Positions 45,651 through 55,150 of a stretch of 64,000 nt of DNA are shown one piece after another (the stretch's first letter is position 1; every line of letters starts with the position of its first letter). The translations under genes were made by a program, and so were the position numbers. Origin of the DNA: Deltaproteobacteria bacterium (GTDB lineage Bacteria; DRYD01); the NCBI GenBank assembly GCA_028276365.1, contig JAPYWL010000004.1, positions 1,793-65,792 of the forward strand, read 5' to 3'. A model generated the notes under the pieces. That model searched no databases. It was given only the letters and a program-made list of their open reading frames with translations, and was not told where the DNA came from.

Positions 45651-46520
45651 TTGTTTAGATTATCTTTAAAAGAAGTTTCAGATGATGATTTTCTTATTGT
45701 TAAAAAAAAATATCAGCTTACTTTGAAAACTAAAGTTATTTTATTAGGTAAGGGGATTCATACAGGTATAAAATCTAAAATTATTCTACATCCTTATAAT
45801 AAAGGTATTGTTTTTAAGAAAGGAAAAGAATATTTAAAATTAAATCCTTTTAAAGTGATTAATACTCTGGCTAGCACAGATTTAAGTTTGGTTAAAACAG
45901 TAGAGCATCTTTTAGCTTCATTGTTTTTAAATAAAATAGATAATGTATTAATAGAGGTTTTAGGTTTAGAAGTTCCTATTTTAGATGGCAGTATTTTCTA
46001 TTTTAATAAAGTTTTAGAAAATAATTTTTTTATTTTAGATAAAAAGGCTAAAACTTTAAAATTAAAAAATATTACTTTAGATAATATTAATTTGAATTTA
46101 AATTATAAGATATTTGAAAGTGATATTTTAAAAATTTATTGTATTCAAAGAGATTTAAAAAGGAACAGGTATTTTTTAGCTTATTATGATGAGGGTATGA
46201 GTATTTATCCGGCTAAGACTTTTGGGTATATTAATGATTATGAATTTTTGAAAAATAATAACTTAGCAAATGGTGCTGATTTTAAGAATACTTTAATTCT
46301 AAGTATTAATAAAAGTAGTGATTTTTTTTATTTTAATAATGAAATAGCTTATCATAAGATAATAGATTTTATGGGTGATATTTTTACTATGCAAATAAAA
46401 AATATTAAAGCTACTTTTGTTTTAATTAATCCTAATCATAATCTTAATAATAAATTAGCAAGAGTTATTTTTAAAAATATTTTAAGAATAAAAAAGAATT
46501 TAGGATTAAAAAATTTTTAA
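45651..46520 (+). CDS. lpxC: UDP-3-O-acyl-N-acetylglucosamine deacetylase
   Basis: GKGIHTGIKSKIILHP, TVEHLLASL (E78/H79 equivalents), HKIIDFMGD (H238/D242/D246 equivalents) and PNHNLNNKLAR (H265 equivalent). TTG start, so the N-terminus is uncertain. Confidence 0.8.
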   Translation: MFRLSLKEVSDDDFLIVKKKYQLTLKTKVILLGKGIHTGIKSKIILHPYNKGIVFKKGKEYLKLNPFKVINTLASTDLSLVKTVEHLLASLFLNKIDNVLIEVLGLEVPILDGSIFYFNKVLENNFFILDKKAKTLKLKNITLDNINLNLNYKIFESDILKIYCIQRDLKRNRYFLAYYDEGMSIYPAKTFGYINDYEFLKNNNLANGADFKNTLILSINKSSDFFYFNNEIAYHKIIDFMGDIFTMQIKNIKATFVLINPNHNLNNKLARVIFKNILRIKKNLGLKNF

Positions 46521-46529
46521 TTAAATATT

Positions 46530-48800
46530 ATGTTTAAGCAAAACTTAGAATATTTTAGTTTGATAAATTTGATAAATATAGAGATAAATTATAAAATTGC
46601 TCCGATTGAAGTAAGAGAGAAATTGCTTTTTGATAAAAATAATTTAATATCTTTAAAAAATTCTATTATTCAGGATGATTTTCTTAAAACAATAATTAAT
46701 GGTATATTTATTTTATCTACTTGTAATAGAACGAGTTTATTTCTTGATTTAAATGTAAATCAAGTGTATAAAGAAAATTTAGAAGTTTTTGAAAATATTG
46801 ATAAATTCAGTTTTAATAATTTTTTATTGAGTTTAGATATTGATAATTTATTAAAGAAGCTTAATTTAGATGGTTTAAAAAATTACTTAGTAATAAGAAG
46901 AGGTTTGGAAGCTGTGGAAAATTTATTAAGGATATCTTGTGGTTTAGAATCTCAAATTTTTGGTGAAACTGATATTATTAGACAAATTAAGCAATATTAT
47001 AGTTACTGTAGGGAACTTAATTTATTAAGTAGTTTTTTAGAAATTTTGATTAATAAAATTTTAAACTATTCTAAAGAGTTTGATGTTAATATAAGATCTA
47101 AGTTTAATAATCTTAGAAATAGTTTTGCTAATTTTATTATAAATTTTATTAGAAAATGTAATTATAGTAAAGTAAATTTATTGTTTATTGGTTTAGGTAG
47201 TGTTTCTAAACAGATAATAAAACTTATAGTAAGTGATGAGTTTATTTTTAATAAAATTCAGGAAATTGTTATTGTTTCTGATTATTATGAAAATCTTAAA
47301 CAAAGTTTAAAAGAATATTCTATTTTTAGTTTTTATAAAAAAAATGAAATTAAATTAGTCTTTGAAAAGATGAAAAACAAAATCGACTTTATTATAGTTA
47401 ATTCTAAAAATTTCTTCTTAGAATACGAATATTTAAGGGATATAACTAAAGATGTTATTATCTTTGATTTAGGTGTTCCCAGAAGTGTTGATCCTTCTAT
47501 TTGTACATTATCAAATTTTAAGTTATTTGATTTAGATAAATTAAAGGAACTTGATTTTACTAATGATTCCTTAAATGTTTCAAATAATTTAAATGAAATT
47601 ATTGAGTTTTTTATTAAAGAAAGGCTTAAGCAATTTTATAACTACATTATTTCCAGAACCTTAGATAAAAAGTTATTAACTTTTTATGAACAAATGCAAG
47701 ATATAAAACAAGAAATATTAATTGAGAATAATAACAAGAAAATAAGTAGTATAGATCTTATAGATAGGTATATAAAGAAATTGATTTATAAAATTTCGAA
47801 GGTACATAAAGATTATATGCTATTAACTAATAATACAGGGATATTTAAGAGGCAAATAATATTAGGTAGTAGAGGATCAAAATTGGCATTAATTCAAACT
47901 TATAAAGTGCTTGATTTATTAAAGTTATTTTTTCCAGATTTTGATTTTTATGTTAAAATTATAAAAACCAGTGGGGATAAAAAGATTTATACTAATAATT
48001 CATTTGTAAAGGAATTAGAGGAGGCATTGGTTAATGAAGAAATTGATATAGCTGTTAATAGCTTAAAGGATATGCCTTATAATATTAATGAATATACAAA
48101 TATAGCTGCTGTATTAAAAAGAGAAGAAGTAAATGATATTTTAATTTCTAAAGATAACAAATCTTTTTGGGATTTAGAACCTTATAAAGTTATTGGTACT
48201 TCATCTTTAAGAAGAAAGGAACAATTGAAATTACTTAGACCTGATTTAATATTTAAAGATATAACTGGAAATGTTGATACCAGGATAAAAAAGTTAAATA
48301 ATTTAGGAGATTATGATGCTATAGTTTTAGCAAAAGCTTCTATTAAGCGTTTAAATCTTGAATATTTTATATCTTATGAGTTTTCAATTGAAGAAGTTGT
48401 ACCTGCTGTTGGGCAGGGAGTTATTGCTTTACAAACTCGTAAAAACTCATTTTTAAACCAAATTTTATTTAGGATTAATGATATTAAAACTTTTTTAGAA
48501 ATAGCTATTGAAAGAGAAATTATGGGAATTCTTAAATTAGGTTGTAGAAATCCTTTAGGATTATATGTATCTATTGAAAACAATTTTATTAATATCTATT
48601 ACTTTTTTATCTATAATGGCAATATATTTAAAGGTAGGAAACAAATTAATTTAATAAACAATAAAAATTTTCAATTAATTATAAGTTTAATTAAAAATCC
48701 TGAACAGTATCATAATTTTAAAAATGAAGTGTATTATATTATTAATGATTTAGCAAATGATTTTATAAAGCAAATAGCAGGATTAAGTATAAATTTTTAG
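46530..48800 (+). CDS. hemA-hemC: Fusion of glutamyl-tRNA reductase (N-terminal about 430 aa) and hydroxymethylbilane synthase / porphobilinogen deaminase (C-terminal about 315 aa)
   Basis: HemA motifs: LSTCNRTSLF (catalytic Cys) and GLESQIFGETDIIRQIK. HemC motifs: ILGSRGSKLALIQT, IKTSGDK, AVNSLKDMP, GTSSLRRKEQL, GNVDTRIKKL, VPAVGQGVIAL and the cofactor Cys in LGCRNPLG. It is a single uninterrupted ORF. Confidence 0.85.
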   Translation: MFKQNLEYFSLINLINIEINYKIAPIEVREKLLFDKNNLISLKNSIIQDDFLKTIINGIFILSTCNRTSLFLDLNVNQVYKENLEVFENIDKFSFNNFLLSLDIDNLLKKLNLDGLKNYLVIRRGLEAVENLLRISCGLESQIFGETDIIRQIKQYYSYCRELNLLSSFLEILINKILNYSKEFDVNIRSKFNNLRNSFANFIINFIRKCNYSKVNLLFIGLGSVSKQIIKLIVSDEFIFNKIQEIVIVSDYYENLKQSLKEYSIFSFYKKNEIKLVFEKMKNKIDFIIVNSKNFFLEYEYLRDITKDVIIFDLGVPRSVDPSICTLSNFKLFDLDKLKELDFTNDSLNVSNNLNEIIEFFIKERLKQFYNYIISRTLDKKLLTFYEQMQDIKQEILIENNNKKISSIDLIDRYIKKLIYKISKVHKDYMLLTNNTGIFKRQIILGSRGSKLALIQTYKVLDLLKLFFPDFDFYVKIIKTSGDKKIYTNNSFVKELEEALVNEEIDIAVNSLKDMPYNINEYTNIAAVLKREEVNDILISKDNKSFWDLEPYKVIGTSSLRRKEQLKLLRPDLIFKDITGNVDTRIKKLNNLGDYDAIVLAKASIKRLNLEYFISYEFSIEEVVPAVGQGVIALQTRKNSFLNQILFRINDIKTFLEIAIEREIMGILKLGCRNPLGLYVSIENNFINIYYFFIYNGNIFKGRKQINLINNKNFQLIISLIKNPEQYHNFKNEVYYIINDLANDFIKQIAGLSINF

Positions 48801-48828
48801 AAGCTTTATAAAAGATATAAAAAATTTT

Positions 48829-50373
48829 ATGCTTAAAAAGATATTAAAAAAACAGGAGCAAAAAGAAAATAAATTAGAAATACAATTACAATCTCTAAAC
48901 TATAGGGTCTTAAAACAAATATTTAATAACTATTTTCAATTTTATAAAATTCCGAAGTTAAAAATAAAAATCTCAAGTAAAGAAAAACAAAATATAATTA
49001 ATTCTTATAATAAAGTTCAAAAGGTATTAAATGAAGATAAAAAAGTATATGGCATTAATACGGGGTTTGGTAAGCTTTATGATAAGATAATAGATAAACA
49101 GGATTTAAAAGAACTACAAAATAATTTAATATATTCTCATTTTTCTGGCTATGGAGTAGAAATTGATGATATTTTTTCTAGTACTACTGTTTTAATAAGG
49201 TTAAAGCAGTTAGCATTGGGTTATAGTGGAGTTAGTTTAGAACTTATAGAATATATAAAAGAATTTATAGAGAAGGGATATATTTCGTTTATTCCTGCTT
49301 ATGGGTCAGTAGGTGGTAGTGGGGATTTAATCCCATTAGCTTCTATTGCTGCTTCTTTTATTAAAGCTAATAAAATAAAAAATCTAAAAAATTATAAAGA
49401 TTTTAAAGTTTATGAATTTAAACCTAAAGAGGCTCTTGCGTTTATAAATGGTGTAGCTTTCTCTTTATCTTTGTTCTCTTTTGGAGTATTTTTATTAGAA
49501 AAATTAATTAACTATTCTAATTTAGTTTTTACAATATCTTTAATTGCTAATAATGTTAATTATGATCATTTTAATTTGAATATATCTAAAACTAGAAAAA
49601 ATAGTTTTTTTTTATGTGTTTTAAAAGATATTAATAAGTTATTAAAAGATTTTTTAAGTGAATTATATAAAGATTATTACTTACAGGCTCCATATAGTTA
49701 TAGATGTTATCCTCAAATTTTGGAATCTTTTTTACTCGTTTTAGATATTTCTAAAAAAATAATAGATAATGAACTTAATACTGTTAGTGATAATCCTTTA
49801 GTAATAGGAGATAATTTTTACTCCGCGGGTAATTTTCATGGAAATACTATTTCTACTTTCAGTGATCATTTAAAATTACATATATTTCAATTATCTAACA
49901 TCTCTTATGAAAGACAGAATCATTTACTAAATCCTGATTTTTTAACTACCAAATCTGGTTTAAGTTCTGGCTTTATGATCTCTCATTATTTAACTTCTCA
50001 TCTTTTAGCAGAACTAAAAACATATACTAATTATGTAAGTGTTAATAATTATCCTGTTAGTTTGAATCAGGAAGATTTTATAACTCACTCTGAATTATCT
50101 ACTAAAAATTTATTAAAAGCTATTAAATTAGCTTTTAAAATATTAACTGTAGAGCTAATAATGGCTATTCAAAAGGTAAAATTAAAAAATATTAATATAA
50201 ACGAAAATAATTTAAAAAACGAGTTATTAAAGTATTTTGAAGCTAAAGTTTTAAATGAGCTAAATAATTTCCCAATAAAAGATGATTTAGATCTTCATAG
50301 AAAATACACTAATCTATATAATCTTCAATCTGTGTTTATTGATAATCTTAAATTTATAAAATTCAAAATATAA
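48829..50373 (+). CDS. Aromatic amino acid / histidine ammonia-lyase family protein (HAL/PAL/aminomutase fold)
   Basis: Motifs YGINTGFGKL, YGSVGGSGDLIPLA, FINGVAF, PYSYRCYPQI, VSDNPLV, AGNFHGN and LNQEDF. Confidence 0.85.
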   Translation: MLKKILKKQEQKENKLEIQLQSLNYRVLKQIFNNYFQFYKIPKLKIKISSKEKQNIINSYNKVQKVLNEDKKVYGINTGFGKLYDKIIDKQDLKELQNNLIYSHFSGYGVEIDDIFSSTTVLIRLKQLALGYSGVSLELIEYIKEFIEKGYISFIPAYGSVGGSGDLIPLASIAASFIKANKIKNLKNYKDFKVYEFKPKEALAFINGVAFSLSLFSFGVFLLEKLINYSNLVFTISLIANNVNYDHFNLNISKTRKNSFFLCVLKDINKLLKDFLSELYKDYYLQAPYSYRCYPQILESFLLVLDISKKIIDNELNTVSDNPLVIGDNFYSAGNFHGNTISTFSDHLKLHIFQLSNISYERQNHLLNPDFLTTKSGLSSGFMISHYLTSHLLAELKTYTNYVSVNNYPVSLNQEDFITHSELSTKNLLKAIKLAFKILTVELIMAIQKVKLKNININENNLKNELLKYFEAKVLNELNNFPIKDDLDLHRKYTNLYNLQSVFIDNLKFIKFKI

Positions 50374-50610
50374 ATAAATATGATTTTTGGGAGTAATGGA
50401 AAGACTTAAATTGGGATTAATCTTGGCTTTAATTTATTTGAAAGTTAATCTCAAGTAAAAAGTTAATCTAAATAATAAAAAGTAAGGTATTATTTTTTAT
50501 AATGAAAAATTCTATTTAATTTCTAAATTTTGGTAATTTTTTTATTTTGCTAATTTCTATTGATTTGTTATGTTTTGAAGTTTTATTTTATATTGATATA
50601 ATTTATAAAT

Positions 50611-51699
50611 TTATTTAGGGTAATTACTAATGAGTTCAATAGAATTTTCTTTAATTAGGATTAAGTCTTCAATTCTAATGCCACCTATATTTTCTATATA
50701 AATCCCAGGTTCAATTGTTATTACATTTGATATATTTAAATAATCATTAGAAACGGAAGATAAAGAAGGTAATTCATGGATTTCTAAACCTACTCCATGG
50801 CCTAACCCATGAGTAAAATAATTCTCTAAATTATATTTCTTAAATATTTCTACTGCTTTAAAAAATACTTCTTTAGCAGGTACTCCAGCTTTTAAAAAAT
50901 CTATAGAATTTAGTTGAGCCTCTAAAACTATATTATATAATTCTTTAAATTTAGGGTTATTTCCAAAACAAAAAGACCTAGTTATATCACTATGATACCC
51001 TAAATAAGTAGCACCCATATCTATTATAATAAAATCGTTTTCTTGTAAAATAGTATCTTTAGGGGTATAATGAGGATAAGCACTATTATTTCCAAAAGCT
51101 ACAATAGGCTCAAAAGCTAAACCTCCACCTAATTCAGTTATTCTCTTTTTTATATAGAAAGCTACTTCGGATTCCTTAATTTTTGATATATTGTTTTTTA
51201 ATAATTCTTCAACTTCTTTTAATACCACTTGAGTTATTTCCATAGCTCTTTTAATTAATGAGATTTCGTGTTCTTCTTTAATAGCTCTTATATTTTCAAC
51301 GAGAAAGTAAGTAGGAATTATTTTAAAATGTTCTTGATAAACTAAGTAACTACTAAGTGTTAAATTATTGGCTTCTACTGCTAATTTTGATACTTTTAAT
51401 TCTTTTAATAGGTTTATTACTGTATTAGTAAGTCTATTTTTGTCATTAGCTTCTATTATAGTAGTATTTACTGCTTCATTTTTAGCTCTTAAAGTATATC
51501 TACCATCTACTATTAAATAATTTTCATTAGGGGTAATTACTAATATACCTGTGCTTCCGCTAAAATTAGATAAATAATAGAAATTATTTCTATTGTTTGT
51601 TATAAAAGCATCTGAACCTATGATATTCAATTGGTTTTTAACTTTTTGGGTCCTTTTGTTATATATTTCATTTATTTTATTTTCAGTAAAACTAAGCAT
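50611..51699 (-). CDS. M24 family Xaa-Pro aminopeptidase / dipeptidase
   Basis: Creatinase-like N-domain. Metal-ligand motifs are IIDMGATYLGYHSDITR, HGLGHGVGLEIHE and IEPGIY...GGIRIED. An SD (GAGGAG) precedes the ATG. Confidence 0.9.
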   Translation of the reverse strand: MLSFTENKINEIYNKRTQKVKNQLNIIGSDAFITNNRNNFYYLSNFSGSTGILVITPNENYLIVDGRYTLRAKNEAVNTTIIEANDKNRLTNTVINLLKELKVSKLAVEANNLTLSSYLVYQEHFKIIPTYFLVENIRAIKEEHEISLIKRAMEITQVVLKEVEELLKNNISKIKESEVAFYIKKRITELGGGLAFEPIVAFGNNSAYPHYTPKDTILQENDFIIIDMGATYLGYHSDITRSFCFGNNPKFKELYNIVLEAQLNSIDFLKAGVPAKEVFFKAVEIFKKYNLENYFTHGLGHGVGLEIHELPSLSSVSNDYLNISNVITIEPGIYIENIGGIRIEDLILIKENSIELISNYPK

Positions 51700-51736
51700 T
51701 TACATCACTCCTCTTTTTATTAGTATCTTTACTTTT

Positions 51737-51775
51737 GTATATTTAATTTATTTTACTTTTAGTAAAACTAAGCAT
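51737..51775 (-). repeat. Degenerate copy (35/39 identical, hand count) of the first 39 nt of the M24 peptidase gene. It forms a 10-codon uORF, MLSFTKSKIN.
   Basis: I aligned 51737-51775 against 51661-51699 by hand. The offset is 76 nt. Confidence 0.8.
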
Positions 51776-51815
51776 TTGAAATATAAAATGAAATATAAAA
51801 TTTTTTATGGTATTT

Positions 51816-51941
51816 TAAGTAATTAGCACCGAATTGGTACATACCTACTGTATTTCCAAAACCTCTACCTTCAAATATAAATTTACCTTTTGTTTTTATT
51901 ATTTTTTCTATAAAATTAGATGGTAATAAAGAATAATACAT
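51816..51941 (-). pseudogene. 126-nt fragment homologous to the 3' part of the SpoIID-domain gene at 55151..57247
   Basis: 51816-51941 aligns without gaps to 55223-55348 with only a handful of mismatches. It translates to MYYSLLPSNFIEKIIKTKGKFIFEGRGFGNTVGMYQFGANYL, against MYYPLLPSNFIEKIIKTKDKFIFEGRGFGHGVGMCQFGANYL in the parent. The GHGVGMC motif is corrupted. Confidence 0.75.
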
Positions 51942-51950
51942 AATTTATAT

Positions 51951-52070
51951 TATTGTTATATATTTTGTTTATTGTATTTTGAATAAAACTAAACATTTAA
52001 AATACAATTTTTTAATAATATCATTATTGTTATGTATTTTGTTTATTGTATTTTTAGTGAAACTAAGTAT
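51951..52070 (-). repeat. Two 46-nt direct repeats (51951-51996 and 52025-52070, 40/46 identical, period 74). Each is a degenerate copy of the first 46 nt of the M24 peptidase gene.
   Basis: Hand alignment. The reverse complement of 51951-51996 is ATGTTTAGTTTTATTCAAAATACAATAAACAAAATATATAACAATA. The gene start is ATGCTTAGTTTTACTGAAAATAAAATAAATGAAATATATAACAAAA (39/46 identical). Confidence 0.8.
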
Positions 52071-53075
52071 TTAAAAAACCCCGTTTTTTAGAGTATCTTT
52101 AAGTATAGGTAATAAAGTATCAATAGTTTGGAAAGGATCTTTTTTAATTCTAAATCCTGCGGCTAAGTTATGTCCTCCTCCTCCAAAATCCTCTGCTATT
52201 TTCCTTATTGGAATATTTCTTGACCTTAAACTAACTTTTGTTTTATTTTCTTGGAGTTCTATAACACTAAAATAAATTTCCACTTCACTTAAATAATCTA
52301 CATTTTCTATTATGTTATTTACATCTTCTAAATTCAAATTAAATTTTTCTAAATCAGATTTTAGTATATAAGAATATGCTATTTTTTCCTCGATTTTTAA
52401 TCTATCATAAAAAACTGATAATATTTTATATTCGTTAATAGATTTCTTATTGATTTTATAAAATATTTCACTCCAATTAACTAAATTTCTTAATTCAGAA
52501 AGGATTTTTAGAGATTTTGAGGTTAAAGAAGAATATTTTAAGCCACCTGTATCTGAGATTATACCCATTACTATATATTTTGCTATTTCTTCATCTATGT
52601 TTATTTCAGTATCAACTATGATATCATATAAGGCTTCATTAATTGAACATGCATCCGTATCTACATAATAATAACTACCAAATAGATCATTAGAAGCATG
52701 ATGATCAAAGTTTAAAATTATTTTATCTTTTAAGATTTCTTGATAATTATTATTTTCTAAATTAAGTGCTTCTAAAAACCTTTTATAATTACCAGTTTCA
52801 ATAGCTATAATACAATCAAATTTAGAAATAGTATCTTCTAATTTATTTATAAACTCATTTTCTTTAAAATTAAAAATTTCTATAAAATTTTTATTTAGTG
52901 GATCTTTTGAATAAAGAGTAACTTTTTTATAGAAGTAATCATTTAGGATTTTTTTTATAACTTTCATTGCTGATAAGCAGTCGATATCTGGAGAAGGATG
53001 AGCAACTAATAAGACATTCTTTACTTTTATAAATAGTTTCCTTAAATAATTTAAGGAGATGTTGGATTTTATCAT
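52071..53075 (-). CDS. nrnA: DHH/DHHA1 family phosphoesterase (NrnA-like oligoribonuclease / pAp phosphatase)
   Basis: Motifs HPSPDIDCLSA, NFDHHASN, ISDTGG and GGGGHNLAAGF. Confidence 0.88.
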   Translation of the reverse strand: MIKSNISLNYLRKLFIKVKNVLLVAHPSPDIDCLSAMKVIKKILNDYFYKKVTLYSKDPLNKNFIEIFNFKENEFINKLEDTISKFDCIIAIETGNYKRFLEALNLENNNYQEILKDKIILNFDHHASNDLFGSYYYVDTDACSINEALYDIIVDTEINIDEEIAKYIVMGIISDTGGLKYSSLTSKSLKILSELRNLVNWSEIFYKINKKSINEYKILSVFYDRLKIEEKIAYSYILKSDLEKFNLNLEDVNNIIENVDYLSEVEIYFSVIELQENKTKVSLRSRNIPIRKIAEDFGGGGHNLAAGFRIKKDPFQTIDTLLPILKDTLKNGVF

Positions 53076-53121
53076 CTTTAAACCTCCATTTAAAATTAGA
53101 GCTTGTTTATTAATTTATTTA

Positions 53122-53463
53122 TTAATTTAAAAGTTCATAAATTTCTTTAGCTATATAAATTTTTAAGATATTTTCTTCTTTTTTTATGTTTATTACTCTT
53201 ATTTTGTTATCGTTTAGGATTTCAGTGAATTTTTCTATTTCATTTTTTAATATTTCAATTGGTATGTCTTTTGATTTTTCTTTATCTTTATCTTTTTCTT
53301 TTTCTTTATTATAGCTAAAGTTTATTTTATCTGAAATTATTATTTTAAAATCAAAATAATTTAACTCTTCATCTTGTTTAATTGTTTCTAAAACTATTTT
53401 TAAAGGTAAAGATATTAGGTTAAGAATTTTTCTTTCTAATGAAATAATGTTATCCTTAAACAT
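53122..53463 (-). CDS. Hypothetical protein with a (KE/KD) repeat
   Basis: 113 aa with a KEKEKDKDKEKSKD tract. It sits between the carboxyltransferase and nrnA. I recognise no motif, and an RbfA-like position is not supported by the sequence. Confidence 0.4.
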   Translation of the reverse strand: MFKDNIISLERKILNLISLPLKIVLETIKQDEELNYFDFKIIISDKINFSYNKEKEKDKDKEKSKDIPIEILKNEIEKFTEILNDNKIRVINIKKEENILKIYIAKEIYELLN

Positions 53464-53518
53464 TATCTTAAAAGTTATAAAATAATTTTAAAACTTAAGT
53501 AATTAAGTTAAAAAAATA

Positions 53519-55144
53519 TTACATTCTAAATATGGCGTAATTAGTATCTTTAAATGGGCTATTAAGGGATATAGAGATTAATTTAGCTAAGATATTTCTG
53601 GTTTGAATGGGATCAATGATTCCATCATCCCAAAGTCTAGCAGTACTATAATAAGCACTTCCTTCTTGTTCATATTTTTCCATTATTTTATTTTTAAATT
53701 CTTCTTGTTCTTTTTCAGACATTTCTAAGCCTTTAGCTTTTAGTTGCTGAATTTTAACAGTTAATAGAGTTAGAGCTGCTTGTTCTCCTCCCATAACTGA
53801 TATTTTAGCAGTTGGATACATAAATAAGAATCTTGGATTATAAGCTCTACCGGACATAGCGTAATTACCTGCTCCAAATGAGTTACCTACTATTATCGTG
53901 AATTTAGGAACATTGGAATTAGCAACAGCATTAATCATTTTAGCTCCGTCTTTAGCTATTCCTCCATGTTCATATTGCTTACCTACCATAAACCCTGTTA
54001 TATTTTGTAAAAATACAATGGGGATTTTTCTACTATTACATAATTGTATGAAATGAGCTCCTTTTAAAGCAGATTGTGAAAATAAGACTCCATTATTAGC
54101 TACAATACCTACTAAGTATCCCCAAATTCTTGCAAATCCAGTAACTAAGGTAGGACCATATAGTGGTTTAAATTCATGAAAATAGCTACCATCTACTATC
54201 CTTGCTATTAATTCTCTAATATCAAATGGTTTTCTTAAATCTTTAGGAATAATTCCGTAAATTTCTTCAGGGTCATAATAAGGGTCTTCAGGTTCTTCTT
54301 GAGGATATTCATATTTCTCTATTTTACCAAGATTTCTTATAATGCTTCTGGTTATCATTATAGCGTGTTCATCATTATGAGCAAGGTAATCTGCTACTCC
54401 TGATATTTTAGTATGTACTTCTCCACCACCTAATTCTTCAGCACTAACTTCTTCACCTGTAGCAGCTTTAACTAATGGAGGACCTCCTAAAAATATAGTG
54501 CCTTGATTTCTTACTATAACTACTTCATCACTCATAGCAGGTACATAAGCTCCACCTGCTGTACAGCTACCCATAACTACTGCTATTTGAGGAATCTTAT
54601 TAGCTGACATTCTGGCTTGATTATAAAATATTCTTCCAAAATGTTCTTTATCAGGGAAAACTTGATCTTGTAGAGGTAAAAATGCTCCCCCTGAATCAAC
54701 TAAATATATACAAGGTAAGTTATTTTCTAATGCTATTTCTTGTGCTCTTATGTGTTTTTTAACTGTTAAAGGATAATAAGTTCCTCCTTTTACTGTAGCA
54801 TCATTTGCTATTATCATTACTTCTCTGTTTTCTACTACTCCTATTCCTGTAATTATTCCTGCAGCAGGCACTTCATCTTCATATACATTATAAGCTGCTA
54901 ATGGAGATAGTTCTAAAAATTTTGTACCCTTATCTATTAATAATTCTATTCTTTCTCTTACTAATAATTTATTTCGTTGTTTATGTTTTCTTTTAGCTTC
55001 CTCACTTCCTCCTGATTTGATTTTTTCTAATATTTCATAATATTCTTGTACTTTAGATTTCATATATTCAAAATTTTCTTTATATTCGAGGGAATTTTTA
55101 TTTATTTTTGATTCTATTCTGTTAAACTCTATTTCTTTTAACAT
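53519..55144 (-). CDS. Acyl-CoA carboxylase carboxyltransferase (beta) subunit, methylcrotonyl-/propionyl-CoA carboxylase or glutaconyl-/methylmalonyl-CoA decarboxylase family
   Basis: Collinear with MCC-beta-type proteins: [59 protein letters not shown] and [11 protein letters not shown]. No biotin carboxylase or BCCP gene is adjacent. Confidence 0.88.
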   Translation of the reverse strand: MLKEIEFNRIESKINKNSLEYKENFEYMKSKVQEYYEILEKIKSGGSEEAKRKHKQRNKLLVRERIELLIDKGTKFLELSPLAAYNVYEDEVPAAGIITGIGVVENREVMIIANDATVKGGTYYPLTVKKHIRAQEIALENNLPCIYLVDSGGAFLPLQDQVFPDKEHFGRIFYNQARMSANKIPQIAVVMGSCTAGGAYVPAMSDEVVIVRNQGTIFLGGPPLVKAATGEEVSAEELGGGEVHTKISGVADYLAHNDEHAIMITRSIIRNLGKIEKYEYPQEEPEDPYYDPEEIYGIIPKDLRKPFDIRELIARIVDGSYFHEFKPLYGPTLVTGFARIWGYLVGIVANNGVLFSQSALKGAHFIQLCNSRKIPIVFLQNITGFMVGKQYEHGGIAKDGAKMINAVANSNVPKFTIIVGNSFGAGNYAMSGRAYNPRFLFMYPTAKISVMGGEQAALTLLTVKIQQLKAKGLEMSEKEQEEFKNKIMEKYEQEGSAYYSTARLWDDGIIDPIQTRNILAKLISISLNSPFKDTNYAIFRM

Positions 55145-55150
55145 ATTTTA

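Noticed and set aside
50396-50458. 20-codon ORF (MERLKLGLILALIYLKVNLK) after the HAL-family gene.
   Set aside because: The GGGAG lies only 2 nt from the ATG, which is poor spacing, and there is no other support.
51593-51826. + strand 77-aa ORF across the peptidase start and the repeat region. Also 57230..57502 and 61502..61735, which cross gene boundaries in the same way.
   Set aside because: These are hydrophobic, Phe/Leu/Ile-rich translations of AT-rich antisense or spacer DNA. They overlap real gene starts and have no SD.
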